DNA of 63,715 nucleotides, filler included, from Choristocarpus tenellus KU-1152 (Eukaryota; Protista; Phaeophyceae), in assembly GCA_964200185.2 (NCBI GenBank). It is 9 parts of 9 records of this genome, joined end to end, with 100 filler letters (N's around TTAATTAATTAA, not from the genome) between each part and the next. Parts side by side here need not be neighbours in the genome. Positions count along the whole stretch, not along the records: positions 26,924 to 29,618 come from CAXNAD020025578.1; positions 29,719 to 34,943 come from CAXNAD020011440.1; positions 35,044 to 37,836 come from CAXNAD020024701.1; positions 37,937 to 47,790 come from CAXNAD020003330.1; 5 more parts are not named here. One strand, given 5' to 3'. Shown here one piece after another: positions 26,824 to 38,099 of the stretch. Positions within the stretch are counted from its first letter, which is position 1. Every line of letters starts with the position of its first letter. The position numbers and the translations under genes are program-made. Below the pieces are notes generated by a model. It worked only from the letters and a program-made list of their open reading frames with translations, was not told where the DNA came from and ran no database searches.

Positions 26824-26923
26824 NNNNNNNNNNNNNNNNNNNNNNNNNNNNNNNNNNNNNNNNNNNNTTAATTAATTAANNNNNNNNNNNNNNNNNNNNN
26901 NNNNNNNNNNNNNNNNNNNNNNN
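26824..26923. other. Artificial contig linker N44-TTAATTAATTAA-N44 (also 29619-29718, 34944-35043, 37837-37936, 47791-47890, 50501-50600, 54391-54490, ~60296-60395)
   Basis: Eight identical 100-nt spacers carrying a six-frame stop palindrome. Confidence 0.98.
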
Positions 26924-29618
26924 CAGACAGGGAGGATACGGGCGAAGGGGGTTCTGTCGGCAGTGTTCCTGGTGCGGAAGAAGAACAAAACGGCCATGGA
27001 GGGTGGAACGCGGGCGTTTGCTGTACTGAATGCAATCCTCCACCTACGTCTCAGTGAGTAATGTAGTTGTAATGGTGCACGTGTAGGGCGGAGTGTAATT
27101 AATAGCGCAAGATTGGTTTCCATCCAATCCCCCGAACGGATAGATACGTTGTATCTTTTCAGCGGCGCATGCCATTGAATCCATGGTATGTTGTGGGGTT
27201 CCTCTATGTGCGGCGCTGCGGTTGCTACCCCCACGTCTCTTTATTTGCCACTGTCCGATTGTGTGTTAATGCATGTACATCAACGACTGTTGTATCTCAC
27301 CTGTACTACTTCGTACTGTTTTGCGCGGCCAATTTCGTGGTCCTTCGTAACCGTGGATCCCCACGTTGCGCTGTTGCGCCCAATTAATGATCTGGAAAAA
27401 TACTATACTGTCTGTTTAACGCTCTGATTCGATGACACACGCGACAGGTATTCGTGCCCAAAGTGCTCCATCACGCATATGGGCGAGTGTGCCTACCCGG
27501 AGATTAGAGACGACAAGAGGCACAAGGATCGATTATGTATCAAATGCCCCATGGCACAGGAGGGCAGTGAAGGTTCTGGATCAGTGGGGAACGAAGCGGC
27601 GGGTCGGGGCAGGGGCAAGGGCAAGGGCAAGGGTAAGACTCGCGCAAGGAGCGCGGGCGGGTCACCCATGACGCAAAGCCTTTTACGTCCCCCCTCACGC
27701 AGCGAAACGGCCGACATGGAGAAGTGCATGTGGGTCTCGGCATGGTTGCACATTATACAGACACAAAAGACGTCTCTGCGTGTTTGTTTTCACGTTGGTT
27801 TGCACATAGGTCTTGACTGCTTGTACATCATGTGAATTGCTCGTCCTTTGTACCTTGGATGTGTCGTTTTTTTGGAGGGTTCCATGGGCCATGGAACTTA
27901 GTGTTTTGACGTCTACCCTACTTCCACGAGATGTATCTGATGAGTCTGGCATTGTGGAGGGTACGGCCTGACATTTTGGAGATGCCGTGGAAATACTGTC
28001 AGGAACTCACTTAATGAAAAGATTGCCTGCACCGTAGCTTACTATGCCGTCCTTCTTGTCGTGCTGTCTGTCTACTGTGTCGTGTGTCATGATGTCCGAG
28101 CAGGAGTGAGAACACTGCACTACACGATCTTTGCCCTCTCGACCCCACGGTATCCATAGACAAACTTGGTGGTTTCGCCTTCCGCAACGCACCAAAGCTC
28201 GCCATAGTGTCCATTGCCGCCGAGCCAAGACTCCTCATCGACGAAGAGGCGACCAACGCACACCTGCGCGAGGTGCTTCAGTGCTTGCGGCCTAAGATGC
28301 ATCCTCAGAGGGCACCATCGCGCTCATTGTGCCCCACCCGTGGAAAGCGCAATTACACCGCCTAGTAGGTGAGTTGCAGAGTTCGCAAGTGCTGGAATAC
28401 GAGGTATATTGCGAGAGACTGATGCGATCCGGGTGACCGTTATCATTCCGTCCGTGTGCCGATCGAATATTGTGCGACCGTTCAGGAGATGCGGATTAGG
28501 TCGTGTGTATTCCTTTTTCACTTTCCCCGTGTTGTTTCATGTCCTTCGTACCTTCTACTTCCTTTTGTGTTGCTTGCTCTTTCCCCGCGGCAACTATGTA
28601 CTTATTTGTTTCATTGTTCGCCAATCGCATGCTGGCATTACTCGTCTTCACTACATTGTTTTTGCCACATTTACTTCTATTATTACTTAATTTCCTATTG
28701 TTTGCAATTTTTGCATTGGTTATTTGCCTTGCGTTCCACACTCATTATACTATTATAACGTTAGTGGTATGAGATTTCATGAATCCCTATGATAACTACT
28801 TGTGTGATGTCACTGTCAAGTTTGACGCATGCCGGACCCATGCGCTCGCGCCCGCCTTCTCTTCATTCAGAGGCTCTTATTGTGTCGAAGGTGGGCTTGA
28901 TTGTGGAGGATCATCCCCTAACCCTAATATACAAGATGAGGAAGGGGGGGCGCCCTCAATTAGGCACAGATAACCATCTCAGATTTTGTCAGGACATGAT
29001 TCTTCTCGCGCACAACGATGGGACAATGTTCACATGCAATAAGCGAGTCACCGTCAACAACATCTTTGGCCACGAGCGTGATGCATCTCCTCCGGCACCC
29101 CAAACCATGTTGGACGTCGAATACGAAGGTGTTGCAACGGACATCCCCATGAGGGCCCTCCACTTCCTCGTTAACAGGTTCGTTAATAACGTCACACACA
29201 TCCTTCTTCACAGAAGCAGCGATTTTTTTTTGTATAGGTGTAGGACATCGTCAAGCAGTAACAGAACGAGTTGGGTAACCGTTCAGGGGCGTCAATCCAT
29301 CCCACGAGTTTGTTTCCCGAATCGGTACATTAAGTGTCAAAATGCACCAAGAGTGTGTTGCCCTGTATCGGAACGTTACTCATACATTGCGACATGATGA
29401 ATCCGTGCGCAATACAATATACCACGTTAGGGATAATTTACGAGCTGCCCTCCTATGATAGATAGGTACACGAATGTTGGGGACACCGTCGTCTCCTACA
29501 GCGCAGAGAGGCACAATGTGGTGGAGGCAGCCCTTGAACGGAGCAGGAGGGTGGAGGTGTTCGTGTCCAACGCGGCGTCAAAGGACGAGGTGAAAGAGAA
29601 GATGGACACATCCTTCGG
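26924..29618 (+). pseudogene. PHD-like C4HC3 zinc finger + basic GRGRGK motif + degenerate beta-class N4C/N6A DNA methyltransferase-like domain; 6 exons, two 2-bp frameshifts, both ends truncated
   Basis: Exons 26924-27053, 27448-27723, 27878-27960, 28104-28368, 28871-29177, 29466-29618. Segments LREVLQCLRPKMHPQGTIALIV, GLIVEDHPLTLIYK, DMILLAH, NNIF and IPMRALHFLVNRYTNVGDTVV...AALERSRRV follow the N6_N4_Mtase motif order. Confidence 0.6.
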
Positions 29619-29718
29619 NNNNNNNNNNNNNNNNNNNNNNNNNNNNNNNNNNNNNNNNNNNNTTAATTAATTAANNNNNNNNNNNNNNNNNNNNNNNNNN
29701 NNNNNNNNNNNNNNNNNN

Positions 29719-29991
29719 CTGAAGGTTCAGGCCTCCTGTGAGACTTAAATGTCTTGTACATCCTGTCCAATTTGGTGCACTCCATGCCTTTCTTGTTGAA
29801 ATATATCAGGTGGTAAGCTATACTCATCCTGAAGAACCTCTCCACAATTGCTCTGGACAGCTCCTCTTCCTCCTTTAAGACTGATAGAAATGTTGACTCT
29901 CATTCCAGGCAAAGTGTAGTCACAGTGGCCTCGTACATAGTTCTTCGCCCGCCCCCAGACCATCTCTATCGGGTTCAATTCAAGGTGTCCT
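29719..29991 (-). mobile_element. IS630/Tc1-mariner (DDE_3, Sagan-like) transposase C-terminal remnant, frameshifted
   Basis: HLELNPIEMVWGRAKNYVRGHCDYT...ERFFRMSIAY...YKTFKSHRR in two frames. Confidence 0.8.
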
Positions 29992-30100
29992 GTGAGGGGC
30001 AGGCCACAACTTGGAGGTCATTGTGCGTCACAGTGTCCTGTGATTGGCTTAAACAGTATTAAGCCGAGGTTAGCCCACGTACCGTTTTGGCGGTTACCAA

Positions 30101-30409
30101 TCTTGATTTCTTTGAAAAGGTTGCCCAACGAGTTAATCGACGATCAGCATATCAAATGAAAGCTCTGAATCTAGACTACCGATTTTCGCGAAGGAATTTT
30201 TTCGGAAAAATGTATACATTTGGTCGTGATAATTAATTCCGGAACATTTCCAAGGTTGTGTCGAAAACGTTCGGTTAAGATTTAACCTTACCAAAAAAAA
30301 AATCCGTAAGAATTCCTTTCCGCAAATCGGTAGGTTAGGTCAAGAGGTTTCATTCGATATGCTCTTCGTCATTTAGCTCGTTGGGCAACCTTTTAAAAAA
30401 AGATCAAGA
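30101..30409. mobile_element. Foldback/MITE-like element with ~110-bp imperfect inverted arms
   Basis: Left arm TCTTGAT..AAAAGGTTGCCCAACGAG..GCATATC.AATGAAA..CTACCGATTT..AAGGAATT is the reverse complement of ~30300-30409. Confidence 0.8.
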
Positions 30410-31432
30410 CTCGTCTCATCCTAGAGTTGACTACCGACACTATAACCTCTTAGATGGTGTAGGTCATCCGTCCGATGCAGTGGTGAATGTGGTGTTTAGA
30501 ACACGGAGACGATCGTTTGAGTTTTCCTACAGGGTTGGGTCCAATTGGTGAAGGGGTTGTGTGTATTCTTTCGAACAGCGCATACATCGGTGAATTAACC
30601 GAATCTTTTAAACGAAATGCGGCGTGTCGTAGCTCCTACACTCAAGAACGTTAAGGCATTCTTCTCCGCAATACTTACTACTGTTCTTCACTTCGTTCTG
30701 CACTTTGTTTGCCAAAAACGCGCATTACTTACTACTGTTATCAATCTTTCGTTCTTCACTTTGTTCTTGGCTTCGTAACCAAAAATGCGTGCTACTGTAG
30801 ATGTGACACTTCCTCTGTTACAGATGTTTAACTAGTGGCTACTGCTGCCCACACCTTCAGAATCACTGTTAAACAACCACAATCCTGTTACCTGATCTAA
30901 CTCCTCCGCATTTATGGGCAGAATGTGCAATCATAACATCGATATCGCAAACCGTTGAAGTGGGTCGGTGTTAGTTCAAAGATTGTTGCTTGAATGCCAT
31001 ACAACTGTCTGACATCGTGAAGGCAGAATGCACATGCGATCCAGTTATATGTGAACTTTGACGGTCAGGTACGTACCTCAGATCCTCGATTGATGATCAG
31101 AGGAAGTCGGTTGGTTTTTTTCTTCCAGTGGTCTATGATTCCGGGTCATCGAAGAGAGTGTATGAGAATGAAATCATTTGCATTTGTACACAAGGCTTCA
31201 AGAGATCTGAAAATCAAGCGGGTACATGGGAGAGTGGTTCCATGGAAAGGGTATGCCTTTTATTGTCTCATTTACAACCTATCGCATATAGTAACCTATT
31301 ATTCGATTGTGGCAATTGTTGCGTTTTTTTTGTACAATGACCCCCTTCTCGCTCACCCTATGATAAGAACTAGAAATAGTGCATTGAATGGTAATATAAT
31401 GAAACAAGAATACTCTCACTACCCTACTGCAG

Positions 31433-31534
31433 GGCGGCATCCCTCAACACCAACCGAGCAGCAGGATTCAGATTCTTCACCCTCGAAGAACTTCAGGAAC
31501 TTGCAAGGGGAGCAGGGTTCACGGAAGTGGAGGT
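31433..31534 (+). pseudogene. Orphan exon resembling the C-terminus of a class I SAM-dependent (Methyltransf_11-like) methyltransferase
   Basis: AG-bounded exon reads GFRFFTLEELQELARGAGFTEVEV. No upstream SAM-binding exons found on this contig. Confidence 0.45.
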
Positions 31535-31619
31535 AACAAACCGTGCTTGCTAAGTCTGGCTGATGTGGAAGGCGCCATCAAAAGATTGAAATATGTATAT
31601 ATATGTGTGTGTGTGTGTA

Positions 31620-31651
31620 TCCTAGCCCTAGCCCTAGCCCTAGCCCTAACC
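31620..31651. repeat. Telomere-variant microsatellite (CCCTAG)4 CCCTAA
   Basis: Seen directly. Confidence 0.85.
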
Positions 31652-32289
31652 TTATCTGAGGAATACTCTTGAGTACTGCAACGAAGACATTACTAGCGTG
31701 ATACCATATATATAAATTTTGTTATCATTATTATGAACATCGTTTGTTGTTATTTATCTGCAATGGTTTGCTGTTTATTGCTTCTTCAAAGTATTTTGTA
31801 AGGGAGTTGACACCCATGGTTACTTGATTTGAGGTTTGGTGTGCGATTCCTGGTGAGGTTTTATGACTGTGATTAATAGGTTGTTGTGCAGGAGATGTGT
31901 TGCATCCTGTCCTTGCTTGTTAGATTGGGTCAAAATCGTATCAGTTCCTGTTGTTTTCATCATTATCATCAGTCACCAATGGTGAAACTACTTTGTTGAC
32001 CAAATTTCCAGCAAGACAAAACCTCTGAGGTCGAAATGAACAGCAGGTGCCCAGCACTCACTCTCTTCAATGACATATCTAGATCTTGATTTGTGATAGT
32101 AGGCTATGTAGTAGCTGTAGCTGTAGAATGATTGATGACTCACTCGAATTTGTGTTATCTTCTTTTTTTTTTCCTCTATCTTTACATTTATTATATTCTG
32201 AGTGATCCCCAAAAAACTGTGGTCAAGAGTAGTTGAGGGGAAAATGCATGAAGAAAAATCTCAAGAAAACACTAGACACTGTACAATAC

Positions 32290-33470
32290 ATCAGAAGAAA
32301 AAAAGAGGAAATCTCACGTGTCTCGAGGTGGCTACGAATGGCCAGAGGTCCCATTAACAATGTTTTTACATCGTGTTTGCGAGAGTCTTTGCACCATTTG
32401 TGTGAGTATTGGCCTGTATCTGATGCCCAATACTTTTTTGATCTGGTGTACGGGCAAGAAGCTAAGAGTGTGGGTCATGAAACACTATGCGAAGGTGTTT
32501 CAAATGGTTTAGGGGATAATCATCAACGGAATTATCAAACACCCCTCATACTAATGTCAAGGTAAAAATGCGATATCGATTTTGTATGGGTGTTTGATGG
32601 TACTCGAGGGATGCAGATCTTTGTAGCCTACTACTGTGTTTTGAGTCCCGAGGATGGTTTCATGGAACAGCCTCGGGAACAACAACGGTCAAATAGAAGA
32701 ATCGCTCCTTTTTTTTTCATTGACGTAGGTCTCAATTCCATTTCACAGTATCATCCAGTGACGTTGAAAATGGTTGTGTTGCCCATACCAAGCAGCTCGA
32801 TCGCACAAACAGATGGACTCTATAGTGCAGTTTGCAAAGGACTCCACTGAAGCAGTTTAAGGAACAGAGGTCCGTTAACTGATCCTGAGGTTGGGTCGTA
32901 TGATGTGCTTCGTCGTGCTTGCATTTCCTAGCTGGGCGCATTCTTGGTAGTGTTGTGAATAGGCAGTCAAAGTTTAGGAATCTTGATCGACACTGATTCT
33001 ATATTCTATACATTAAACGATATGAAAGTGGTTGTATTCGATGTCGAGTGTTGGCAAGAAGTTCAAATTTAATGTCCAATCTCATGTCTTACTTTTAGTA
33101 CGTACAGTCACGAGGCTTCGGCTACAATTATAGAATGACAGTTGTCATTAGGAACACCTCCAGTAGCCTTTGTTTCTGTATGACATGTATGTATTGTGCA
33201 TGTATGTATTGTGCATGTATGCATATCGAGAAGGGGGTGCATTGTTGTTCCCATTCCTATGTCGGTCTCCTACAAGTTGCCCTCGATTTTACGTGGAAAT
33301 TTCATTTAACACCTTAAACCGTCTGTAGTAACCAAACCCACCTATGAAGTTGCTTGTGTCAACTATCGACTATATTGTCTGCAGGTCATGACCTGGCTTT
33401 CATGTACAAAGTTTGATTTAGGGCAGACATGGGGATGCTTTTGAATGATGCTACTCGTGAGATGATGAGG
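32290..33470 (+). mobile_element. Heavily decayed PIF/Harbinger (HARBI1/DDE_Tnp_4-like) transposase remnant
   Basis: Fragments EEISRVSRWL, ESL..DLVYGQ, VFDGTR..I...QQR and GRHGDA resemble HARBI1 motifs (F.DGT, GR.HD) but with stops and frameshifts. Confidence 0.3.
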
Positions 33471-34777
33471 CTTGGAATTCTGTTCGAAGAGCACAATATA
33501 CTTCTATAGAGTAATTTAACACCATTCGGAACGTGTTGGTTTTAGTGAGTAATTCCACGGATCTGTGCACTACTCATTGTCTAATAGCAAGTCTATAGAA
33601 CAAATTCGACCCTGTCTAGAGCTCTAGGTGCTTATTGAGGGGTTGGGTAGTCTATCGCTGTATGATGGTGCATGGTTCACCCATGGAGCGTTATACCTCA
33701 AATGTTTGACTCACAGGGTGGTTGTGATGTGGTTGTTGGACAATTGCACTTGTTGCTTGCATTTTCTGGATGTTGATGGATTCAACAGTATCTAAAATCA
33801 CACCACCAGCCCCATCAGCACATACCACCAAAAGCAGCAACGGCAAGCGCTTCCCTCGTGTATTTAACAGTGTGTGGTTGAGGATTCCGGTTTTTGAAAG
33901 GTCATTAGGACTTTCTCTTCATAAGGAACAATTGATGGTAGCCATCCCCAACTCTGATTCGTCCTGTGGGAAGATACCACTTTAGTGATTGTGTATCTCC
34001 AATCGTTTGGTAGTATATTTTCTAGCAAGTGCATAGATGTGTACGGTCATTATGAGTGGTGTTGGTAATTACATCACATCAGATGAAGAACAATTCGAGG
34101 GGGTATTACTACCCTGGGAAACTCCTATGCCTTCCTGTGTTGCCTTCACTCAAATGGGCGTAGGTTGGGAAGTACAGAGTTATGAGGCTGCTGTAGAAGT
34201 CTGGAAAAAGCTTATACCCTTCTGTAGTTGTTTAAGACAAAAATGGTCCATGAGTACTAGATAAGTTATCTGAATATTTTGTTTTTTACTTTTTCATGGG
34301 GTGTAACAATGGCGGTAAACATTTCGGGCGTATTTGTCTATTCAAACCAAGTATTGCTTCCATGGTGTGGAAGATCTTGTTATATCCAGGAATGTAGTGG
34401 TGTACTTAATGAATTGTGATTCAGGTTTAAAAGCTTTTGCGTTATACTCCATTATGTATTTTACCTGTTTCTTTAGTTTTTAGGAGCTCTACAGTGCTGC
34501 TCTGTGTCACTATGGTACAAAATGTTACTGTTTTTTGTAACCCAACACAGCCAACATCATTGGATGATATTCGTTGTTGTTTTTTCTCAGGTTGTGTGGA
34601 TGGATGTTTTCGTGGGGGGAAAAGGAATAGTTTACAAGAGAACGCATCTACAGAGCTCAACCTTTAGCAGATGTTTACGAGGGAAATTAATCCTAGAGAA
34701 GTGCTATTGTGCATTTAGTAGCACTGTGAATTGGGACAGTTGAATTGACTGCAGTTCGGTTCATTGAAATATCTGAA

Positions 34778-34943
34778 TGCTCAAAGTATCTGGGGGGGGT
34801 GGCAGCTGTCCATTTGGGGCCCATTTTTCCATGTCGCGATTTTTGGGTTATTTGGTTGCATGCGTCGGATGGATAATGTAAGTGCACTTCTCCTGGTCAG
34901 GGCCCAAATGGACACCCTGGTGTAGACCACCCCCCCCCCCCCC
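34778..34943. mobile_element. MITE family B, truncated at contig end
   Basis: GCTCAAAGTATCTGGGGGGG..GCTGTCCATTTGG..CGGATGGATAATGTAAGT; reverse-complement match to 40364 and 60396 copies. Confidence 0.8.
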
Positions 34944-35189
34944 NNNNNNNNNNNNNNNNNNNNNNNNNNNNNNNNNNNNNNNNNNNNTTAATTAATTAAN
35001 NNNNNNNNNNNNNNNNNNNNNNNNNNNNNNNNNNNNNNNNNNNAAAAAAAAAAATTCTTTTTTTCCAAAAAAATTCGCCCCCTCAAAAACACGTACCCCC
35101 CCCCCCCCCAGATACTTTAACCCTCATCAAACCAGACAGTGCTGTTACACCAAGTTGCGAAATTATACGCAACTATGTTTGACATCTTC

Positions 35190-35447
35190 GAGTCAAAGTA
35201 AACCAGAGGTAAACAGTTTTTGACCCCTTTGCATTTTATGACACTTTTTTGTTTGTTTACATTTCACCCATATAATATGGGTGAAATACTAAGATTGACT
35301 TTGAAAGCGTTGATCTCTCTACTGTTTAATAATTTTCGCCACAATTCCGAAAAATCCCGACGCGATTTTGTTCCAAAAGCCGAAATTTGCACATATTTAT
35401 CACCATCCTTGGAATGCAACCTCGGTACCTGTCGCATACTTTGACTC
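35190..35447. mobile_element. MITE family C, 258 bp, TIR GAGTCAAAGTA...TACTTTGACTC
   Basis: 11-bp inverted termini; homologous to 44308-44564. Confidence 0.75.
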
Positions 35448-36629
35448 TTTGTATCATTATATCAATAAGTCTCAGAATCATATAATCAAAATTCCAACAA
35501 GACACTACACTGTTTTAACAACTAGTGCTGCACATGAATTATAGTCACTAGATCCACCTCTTTTTTACAGGTACTACTCCAGTCCAGGGAACTTGGTTGT
35601 GTATGAACACAGAAAAAGCTACGTAACATATACAGGGCCTGGACAGCTACTATATACAATACTCCATATAGTGGAGGTATATTCTTTGGATAATATAAGT
35701 ACGTTTCCTGTTTCCGTGTGTATTTGTAGGAAGAAAAGGACGAATTGATATTGAAATAGTGTTCTTGATGTGTGTGTGTGTGGAACATCTGTTTGTTTGC
35801 CTTGCCTTTCTTTGCGTTTAAACTACCCCTACCTGGTTTGCCCTCGATACTGAAAAGCACAGAGATTACATGACTTCCCCCCCCCATTCTCCCATGACAC
35901 TTCTGGTTACTATTTGTTGGGGGTCATTGCTAAACCTGAGGTGCCTACTTCGGTGCTTGATTCTGCATTTTGTTACAGTATTTTCACATGTTGCTCGAGG
36001 TGTACCTATCTTTCCATCTACAGAGTGTGGAAAAGAAAAGGTGTTGATAGACTAACATCGTTGTTATTATCGCCTGCTTCATCTACACTTATATATTGAA
36101 GAATTGTTAGGTAACATGCACCATAGCATTTTCTATAGGCAATCACCACTTCTCTTGAAAAGCTCTTTATAACATTTAAAGCAAGGAATGTACTTATCCC
36201 CTGCAGCACAGCAGGCTAAGGGTCATAGTCATGTACTCAAAATTTCCATAATATTAGTAGGAGAAGAGGGTATGATAGACTCTGCTGTAGAAAAAGTAGA
36301 GCTTTAGCCATCTTCCATTGGCTCACTCCTATGATGTGTATTTGAAAAATATCAAATACATCAACAACGGAGAATCAAGAAGTTCACAACTCAGAATATA
36401 GGATTCCATTCTATCTAGCATTGCCCTCGAAATGTTCGGTCATATTTGTCCCGTAACTTTCGTTATCCTGGACAACATTGAGTTTAATTTGGTTTATAAT
36501 GACCGTTACCTGCACAACGTGTCGGGACAAGTACTCTCTAATGTCTGTTGTCTGATAACACTCATCCTGGCGTCATTCATCATGTGCACACCGTTTGAAA
36601 TGGAGTTATCTGATTTTGTTCCATCACTC

Positions 36630-37300
36630 TGTGGTAGCTGCAGGGGCATCTGATTAGTGGTACATGACTTCAAAGTGCTTCCCAAGATTGTTGCATGGTG
36701 GCTTGGGGAATACATGGAACGAGAGAACACATACTCCATAAGGAAAATTGTGGTTTTCAGTCCCTATGTTCCGAAGTGGACATGATTTACACCCTACGTG
36801 CCCTCCAAGAGCTCGTCCGTGAAAAAAAAATGACTCTACTCATGTGTTTTGTAGACTTACACACAGAAATTGCATGATTCTGTTGATTTCTCCTGTGGGC
36901 TGTGTTTGCCAAGTTTGAAGTGTCTGAGAAGATGATCACACTTATCTGCCAATTTCATGATGGAATGCGGGCATCACTCGTCTGCATGGATGACGGAGAG
37001 TGTAAGGATTGATTTTAAGCAAAGCCTTTTAAGGTGAGGATTCTTACTCCCATCCTTCTCGACATCTCCTTCACCACATTCAACATTAACCCAAGTAATC
37101 TCGAAGGACCTTATCATCATCAAGGGAGGAGGGAGCAACAGGGAGTGAGGCAACACTTGAGTGATGTGCTCTATGCGCTGCTGATGATGCAGGCGTTGGG
37201 CCTAATACCCAAGGAGGTTTGATCACGATGATGACAACGATGGTGAGGGTGGTCAGTCGTTTGGGTTGACTGTGCCTGAGATTTAAACAGAAGCCGTGTG
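36630..37300 (+). mobile_element. Decayed non-LTR (RTE-like LINE) reverse transcriptase
   Basis: CGSCRGI*LV..KVLPKIV, ENCGFQ..SEVDMIYTLRALQEL, MCFVDL, DSVD, LICQFHDGMRA, DDGE; stops and frameshifts. Confidence 0.85.
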
Positions 37301-38099
37301 CATTCAACCTTAAAATAAGAGGTGAAAAACTGCTTGAAGTCTTGTTATGTGATAGTTGTGTCATATGGACATCCCGCCAGGTCCACTATATATATATATA
37401 TATATCACCAGGAACCAACCAATTGAGAGGGAGGTAGGGTTTAATTTCAGGATCCTGAGAAAGGGAAAAAAGACGACATTTTGTACAATTACAGAAAGAA
37501 CTTTTGAATAATTGTGGTGTCACTTTGTATGTGGAACGGTGGATTACCGATTTTGCGTACACTATTGTGCACACCAAGCAACGAAATAGAGTTGTGTACA
37601 GTGCAAGAGTGAGGCTTTAAATGTAAAAGGGTCATACCTGCCTACCTCTCAACTGGTTTCGCTCCGTCACAAATTCCTCCATGCTGCATCAGAACAAACG
37701 GAAATACACAGCTCACACACTGTTGTCCTACGAAATATTCTCTTGTGGAGACTGGGTGTGACAGTCTTGGGGCGATTGTGCAAAAAAAGAGACTCCTGTT
37801 CCCAGGGTTAGAGCCAAAGTATCTGGAGGGAGGGGGNNNNNNNNNNNNNNNNNNNNNNNNNNNNNNNNNNNNNNNNNNNNTTAATTAATTAANNNNNNNN
37901 NNNNNNNNNNNNNNNNNNNNNNNNNNNNNNNNNNNNTAGGAGGTATCACTGGGATCCGATAACCTTACTCTCCCACTGGGGACTCTAACCCCCGCCCCCC
38001 TCAACAACCACGCCAAACCACACCCGATTCTTGCCCCATCTGCACTTCCCAAATAGAATCCCAGGTATACCCCTTTACCACCTCAAACCCCCTTCACCT

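Noticed and set aside
26824-26923. Recurrent TTAATTAATTAA palindrome in N runs as a biological motif
   Set aside because: Identical artificial six-frame-stop linker between contigs.
28871-29991. MTase-like gene and Tc1 transposase as one composite element
   Set aside because: They are separated by a linker on different contigs, so linkage is unknown.
30450-31230. Penelope-like RT or Cys-rich exons
   Set aside because: Only vague similarity, with stops in all frames.
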